Origin: Antechinus flavipes
Lineage: Eukaryota
DNA length: 64,000 nt
NCBI RefSeq assembly: GCF_016432865.1
Contig: NC_067401.1
Coordinates: 102,672,001 to 102,736,000 of the forward strand
Reading direction: 5' to 3'
In this document: in pieces, positions 59,100 through 64,000 of the stretch
Layout of the letters: each line of letters begins with the position of its first letter
Position numbering within the stretch: position 1 is the first letter of the stretch
Made by a program: the position numbers and the translations under genes
Notes under the pieces: model-generated
Seen by the model: only the letters and a program-made list of their open reading frames with translations
The model's database searches: none
What the model was told of the DNA's origin: nothing

Positions 59100-59650
59100 C
59101 CTTTGGCACTATTTGATAAATTTCTACTCTCATCCCTCATTAATTCCCTGGCTCATTCCCCACAGTGTTCAATTCCAGTCTTTCTTCTCTCTCCTTAAAT
59201 CCCTAATCCTCTCTTCTTTTCTCTTCCCAGCCCCATTTCCTCTACTTTCCAATCCCATTCTCAACCAACATCATTTTACTTTAAGAAAAATGAAGAACAC
59301 AGCGAATGAATTCTACCCCCCAACCTCCCCTTTCTTTACTTAGGTTATCTCTTCCTTTCTTTCCTTCCCATCCTACTTTATATTCTAAGAGGAAAGGGCC
59401 ATTTCTTCACATCTTTTTGATCTCTGAGGGGTCTTGCTTCTTATTTTCCTCTCAGTCTTTGACATCTGCAGCCACTCCCTCTCAATATGTTCCTACCTTC
59501 TCCTCAAATACTTATAGGTCTCCCTATCTTAAGAACCACAATCACTACTTATTTAGTGCCTACTGTGTGCCAGGCACTATGCTAAGTATTAGAGATGTAA
59601 AAAGATAATCAGAAGACAATCCCTGCCCTCAAGGAGCTTGCACTGTAATG
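59100..59650. mobile_element. L2 body (+, about 59100-59540) and L2 tail (-, about 59540-59650)
   Basis: Pyrimidine-rich L2 body; 'gtgcctactgtgtgccaggcactatgctaag...ccctgccctcaaggagctt'. Confidence 0.65.
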
Positions 59651-60779
59651 GAACAAAAATAATAAATTTCACAACTTTTTAATGATTTCATTGAATGATA
59701 CTTAAAATTCAGGTGGTTCCTAAAATCATCCATCTAAGAGATGGTGATATTTTGAGACTATTCTTGAAAAGACCAACACTTGTTGAGATGAGTTGTGTGT
59801 GAACTGCTCTACAGGCCCACTTTACATCCCATTTGAGCAATAAGGCCACCAGTTGTGTCATTGTTTTCAGATAATTCTCCTCCTCATAAATTGTAGCTGA
59901 ATTTGTCTAGATATTTCCTTGAAGTATCTTTTTTGAGGGCTTCCAATATCACTGACCTCTAGTTTCTTATAAACTTCCACATAGACTTTTAGGGTGACAA
60001 GGTATTGAGATACAATTCACTGCTTGTAATACACTCTTAGTACTGTACATGAATAGACTGGAATTAGTCACGGTCAATATTGAAATATCAGAGACTGATT
60101 AAATCTTAGCATATCAAGGCGATAGCATCCACCCTCTGAATCATATTTTTCAAAAGAAACTTGTAAATTCACATTGGGATAACAACAAAATAAGATTATA
60201 TCATTCAATCCACAACAGCTATACAGGTATATGCTATAAGAGTCTTTCATAGCAAAATGTAGCTCTACATCTTTGGGTCCCTTCAAGTTCACAGAATTCT
60301 CTAAGCAAATTGCTATTCTCTGTGTCATCTCACAACAGATTTACCATGGCTTCTGCAGTAGAACCTAGTGGGAGATTTGAGTCTTGAATGTTCTTACCTG
60401 ACTTATCAACTTTAAATATTTGAGAGACTGGATTTTTGATTGTTGTTGTTTTTTGTTTGTTTGTTTTTAATGTTCAGCCATTGCTAGGTGCCATTGTCAC
60501 ACATCAACACCAAACTTATTTTGACTTACCCTCAAAGAGATACCTACTAATAGGATTTCCTAGATCTGGCCACAATCATTGGGTTTTTTGGATTTTTTTT
60601 TTTTGTTATTTGTTTTTTACTACTATCCCTGAAAGACAAGAGATCCTTTCCCCATCATGTTGAATAGTACTGAGAAACTGATGTTACCTTTTTTGTGTAT
60701 TTTTTGAATGACCAGTTAACTATTCAGTCTCCTCAAGCATTCTGAGTGAGGATTTAGGTGATATTGGGACACAATATTT

Positions 60780-61025
60780 GGGGGAGCTAGATAACTCCAT
60801 AGTGCAGAGAGTACCAGGCCTGGAATCAAGAAAATTCATCTTCCTGGGTTCAAATCTGGCCATACTGGCTGTGTGACTTTGAGTAAGTCACTTCCCCTGT
60901 TTGCCTCAATTTCCTCATCTGTAAAGTGAATTGGAGAAGGAAATGACAACTACTTCTTTATCAAGAAAACCCCAAATGGGGTCACAAAGAGTTGAAATGA
61001 CTGGAAAAAAGACTGAACAACAACT
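60780..61025 (+). mobile_element. Mar1 CORE-SINE
   Basis: 'ggggagctag...ggcctggaatcaagaaa...aaaaccccaaatggggtcacaaagagttg'. Confidence 0.85.
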
Positions 61026-61230
61026 TTTCAGGAAGTGGAAGAAGTCAAATGTGAGTTAAAAAAAAGGGGGGAGGGAATGAGTTCCTTGAGGCTTTTCATT
61101 CTCTTCTCTGTTTTTCTACTTTAGTTCCCTGCCTTTTCTATATTACTTCTACATCATGGCTTAGTCCAGACTCAAAGGACATCTCATTTAATGAGTAAGG
61201 ACACCTCCTTGAAAGAAGTTATACCTTCCC

Positions 61231-61861
61231 TGTTTGTAATGGCTAGAAACTGGAAAATGGATGGATGTCCATTAATTGGAGAATGGTTGGGTAAATTGTG
61301 ATATATGAATGTTATGGAATATTATTGTTCTGTAAGAAATGAGCAGCAGGATGAATATAGAGAGGCTTGGAGAGACTTACATGAACTGATGCTAAGTGAA
61401 ATGAGCAGAACCAGGAGATCATTATATACTTCAACAACGATACTGTATGAGGATGTATTCTGATGGAAGTGGATTTCTTTGACAAAGAGATCTAACTCAG
61501 TTTCAATTGATCAATGATGGACAGAAGCAGCTACACCCAAAGAAAGAACACTGGGAAACGAATGTAAACTGTTTGCATTTTTGTTTTTCTTCCTGGGTTA
61601 TTTCTACCTTCTGTATCCAATTCTCCCTGTGAAACAAGAGAACTGTTTGGTTCTGCAAACATATATTGTATCTAGGATATACCATGACATATTTAACCAT
61701 GTATAGGACTGCTTGCCATCTGGGGGAGAGGATGAGGGAAGGGAGGGGAAAAATCAGAACAGAAGTGAGTGCAAGGGATAATGTTGTAAAAAATTATCCT
61801 GGCATGGGTTCTGTCAATAAAAAGTTATTAAAAAATAAAATTAAATTAAAATTTAAAAAAA
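61231..61861 (+). mobile_element. 5'-truncated L1 3' end with 19-bp TSD
   Basis: TSD aaagaagttata(c/t)cttccc at 61212-61230 and 61862-61880; same family as the 26.2 kb copy. Confidence 0.95.
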
Positions 61862-62169
61862 AAAGAAGTTATATCTTCCCATTTGAATCCATTGTTTCTA
61901 CACTGACAGGCTGATTATATATATAGCAATACTGACAGGCTGGACAATCTGTACTCAATTCTTAATTGTTGATAGTACAATATGAGTTGATATGAATGGT
62001 CATATCATTGCATCAGGAGCATGAAATAATAAAAGTAATGCTCTTCTACTAGAATGCCCCTTACTTTATCCTATACTTTTTGCCAGAAAGAACTCTAACT
62101 TTTTCACTTGCTTCATGTCCTATCATCTTTATTTTATTTCTATTCTTTGGTGACTGTACTTTATAGATA

Positions 62170-62400
62170 ATAACAATCACATTTAGAATTTATATAACTT
62201 AAAGGTATACAAAGTACTATACATGTGTTATCTCATTTGATCTGCCCAATAACCCTGGGATGTAATTTATTATTGTTATCTCCTTTTTCACAAATTAAAC
62301 AGGCTGAGAAGTTAAATGACTTGCCCAAAGCAAGTCTGAGATAGGATTTTTACTTGTATCTTCCTGATTCTAAATCCAACATTCTATCTATTCTGTTACA
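62170..62400 (-). mobile_element. MIR SINE
   Basis: 'ctcatttgatctgcccaataaccctggga', 'aagttaaatgacttgccc'. Confidence 0.7.
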
Positions 62401-62449
62401 CAGAGGCATCCTTTACGTTATCCCCTAAAATATTCTAGCATGGCATCAA

Positions 62450-62593
62450 TCAGTCAACTTATTTGTATTTATTCACACTGATTACTATGTGCCATGAATT
62501 GTACCAAACCTTGTGGATAAAAAAAAAAAAAATAAAATAAAATATAAAATAAATAAGCAAAAAACATCAAGAAACTTGCATTCAAAGATGAAA

Positions 62594-62645
<52 letters not shown>

Positions 62646-63210
62646 CACATGAGATAAATATAGAATAAATGGAAGGTAACCTTATAGGGAATGTTAGTAG
62701 AAGCCAGGGTAACTGAAAAAGGCCTCCTGGAAGGAGTGTCACTTGAGCTGAGTCTTAAAGAAAGCCATGGAATCCAGGAAGCAGGAAATCATTGCAGGCA
62801 TGGGGTCAGCCTGTGGAAAGGCATGAAGACAGGACATGTGAATGAGGAACAATAAATTCAGTGTAGTTGGACTGCAGAGTGGGTGAAGGAGAGTAAGGTA
62901 TAAGAAAGGTGGGAAAATATTAAAGGTTTTTTATTATAAAGAGCTTTTAATATCAAACAGAAGATTTTATTTTTATCCCAGGGACTTATTAAAGCTCATT
63001 GAGCAGAGGGGTAACATGAGTAGACCAATGCTTTAAGAAAAGCGTCTTGGTAACTAAGTGGAGGATGGCCTGGAGTGGGAAGAGAATTGAGGCAGGGAAA
63101 CCAGTTAAAAAACCTATTGCAACAAACCAAAAAGTGATGAGGTCCTAACAGAGATTGTAGCCATTTTGAGTAGAAAGAAGGGGATGTATATGTGAGATTG
63201 TGGAAGTAGA
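62450..63210 (-). mobile_element. L2 3' region containing (AT)n
   Basis: 'attactatgtgccatg', 'cttgagctgagtcttaaag', 'agagaattgaggcagggaaaccagtta'. Confidence 0.8.
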
Positions 63211-63699
63211 AATGATAATGCATTTATGTATATGTGTTGCCCATTTAAATTTGTGTGTTCACACAGATCTGTCTCTATGTGACTCACAGGAAGGCATGAA
63301 TGAGATCTTTGGAGTCTCTTCCACCCATGCTCTTCCAAGAGAGAATTTGATCCCTGCCAGGAAAGGAGCAGGAGATTGTCACCATAAAGCTAGCCATTCT
63401 GCTTTCCTCAGATAGAGTATATTGGGCTAGAGTTATATTTGTCTCCCTAAATCTTATTTGTTTTAAATTGATTCACTGATCACTATCCCATAATAGGAAA
63501 GGAGTACCTCAAACTATTCATCCAAAGCTCGACTCCCTTTCTACCAAATGCCAATCTTACAAAGATAATACATAATGAATAGCTAATACATACATGTAAG
63601 CAAGCTTATAGAAAACAGAAATGAGAAAAATGGCAGTGATGAAAATATGTCAGGCAATTCATAGAGTGAATGAGATCTCCCACTGGGAATGAGATATCT

Positions 63700-63900
63700 T
63701 CACTCAATAGAAAGAGACACAGAGGCAGAGAAAATAACAGACAAAGAAAGACAAAGAGTGGGGGCGGGGAGGGAAGAAAAGGGGGAGAAAAAGAGGAAGG
63801 AAGAGGGAGGGAGAGAGACAGAGAGACAGACAGGCAGGCAGGAAGACAGACACAGAGAAACAGAAATAGGCAAAGATAGAGAAATAGAGACAGTATAGAT
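63700..63900. repeat. Purine-rich GA/GACA low-complexity tract
   Basis: Direct inspection. Confidence 0.85.
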
Positions 63901-64000
63901 AACCTTATTCTATAATTCTGGTAATTACTTATCAATTGAGACATAAAACAGGGAGCCAGATGCTCCCCAATGTTGTTTTTTATTGTCATTCAAGATGTCC

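Noticed and set aside
1-64000. Search by eye for non-retroviral endogenous viral elements (filovirus, bornavirus, parvovirus) and CpG-island promoters
   Set aside because: No recognisable motifs in any listed ORF and no CpG island; a frameshift-aware tBLASTn would be needed to exclude very decayed copies

Overview
This is AT-rich, CpG-depleted eukaryotic genomic DNA with five N gaps, indicating a fragmented assembly. The repeat content (Mar1 and WSINE1 CORE-SINEs, marsupial-type L1, RTE, L2, L3/CR1, MIR, hAT MITEs) points to a marsupial, most likely a dasyurid. I cannot recognise any host protein-coding gene, rRNA, tRNA or CRISPR array; the window reads as repeat-dense intergenic or deep-intronic DNA, and almost all listed ORFs are chance or repeat-derived. 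The best-supported large features are four. (1) A heavily deleted gammaretrovirus-like (ERV1, HERV-I/IP10-like gag) provirus at about 44.3-50.2 kb with gag, RT/RNase H/IN and env-TM remnants and a 3' LTR; a 5'-truncated L1 sits in its pol gene with a perfect 15-bp TSD. (2) A betaretrovirus-like (ERV2) remnant at 15.2-17.0 kb on the minus strand, where the start of RT is joined almost directly to the C-terminus of integrase; it lies inside an older L1. (3) A solo LTR at 6530-6982. (4) A very young L1 3' fragment at 26202-27440 with an uninterrupted ORF2 C-terminus and a 14-bp TSD. Secondary observations are head-to-head Mar1 pairs, L1 derivatives lacking EN/RT, a template-switch palindrome and several unverified splice-bounded exon candidates. 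I found no convincing previously undescribed biological system. Repeat family names come from recall of consensus motifs, not from a database search, and most repeat boundaries are approximate (tens of bp).
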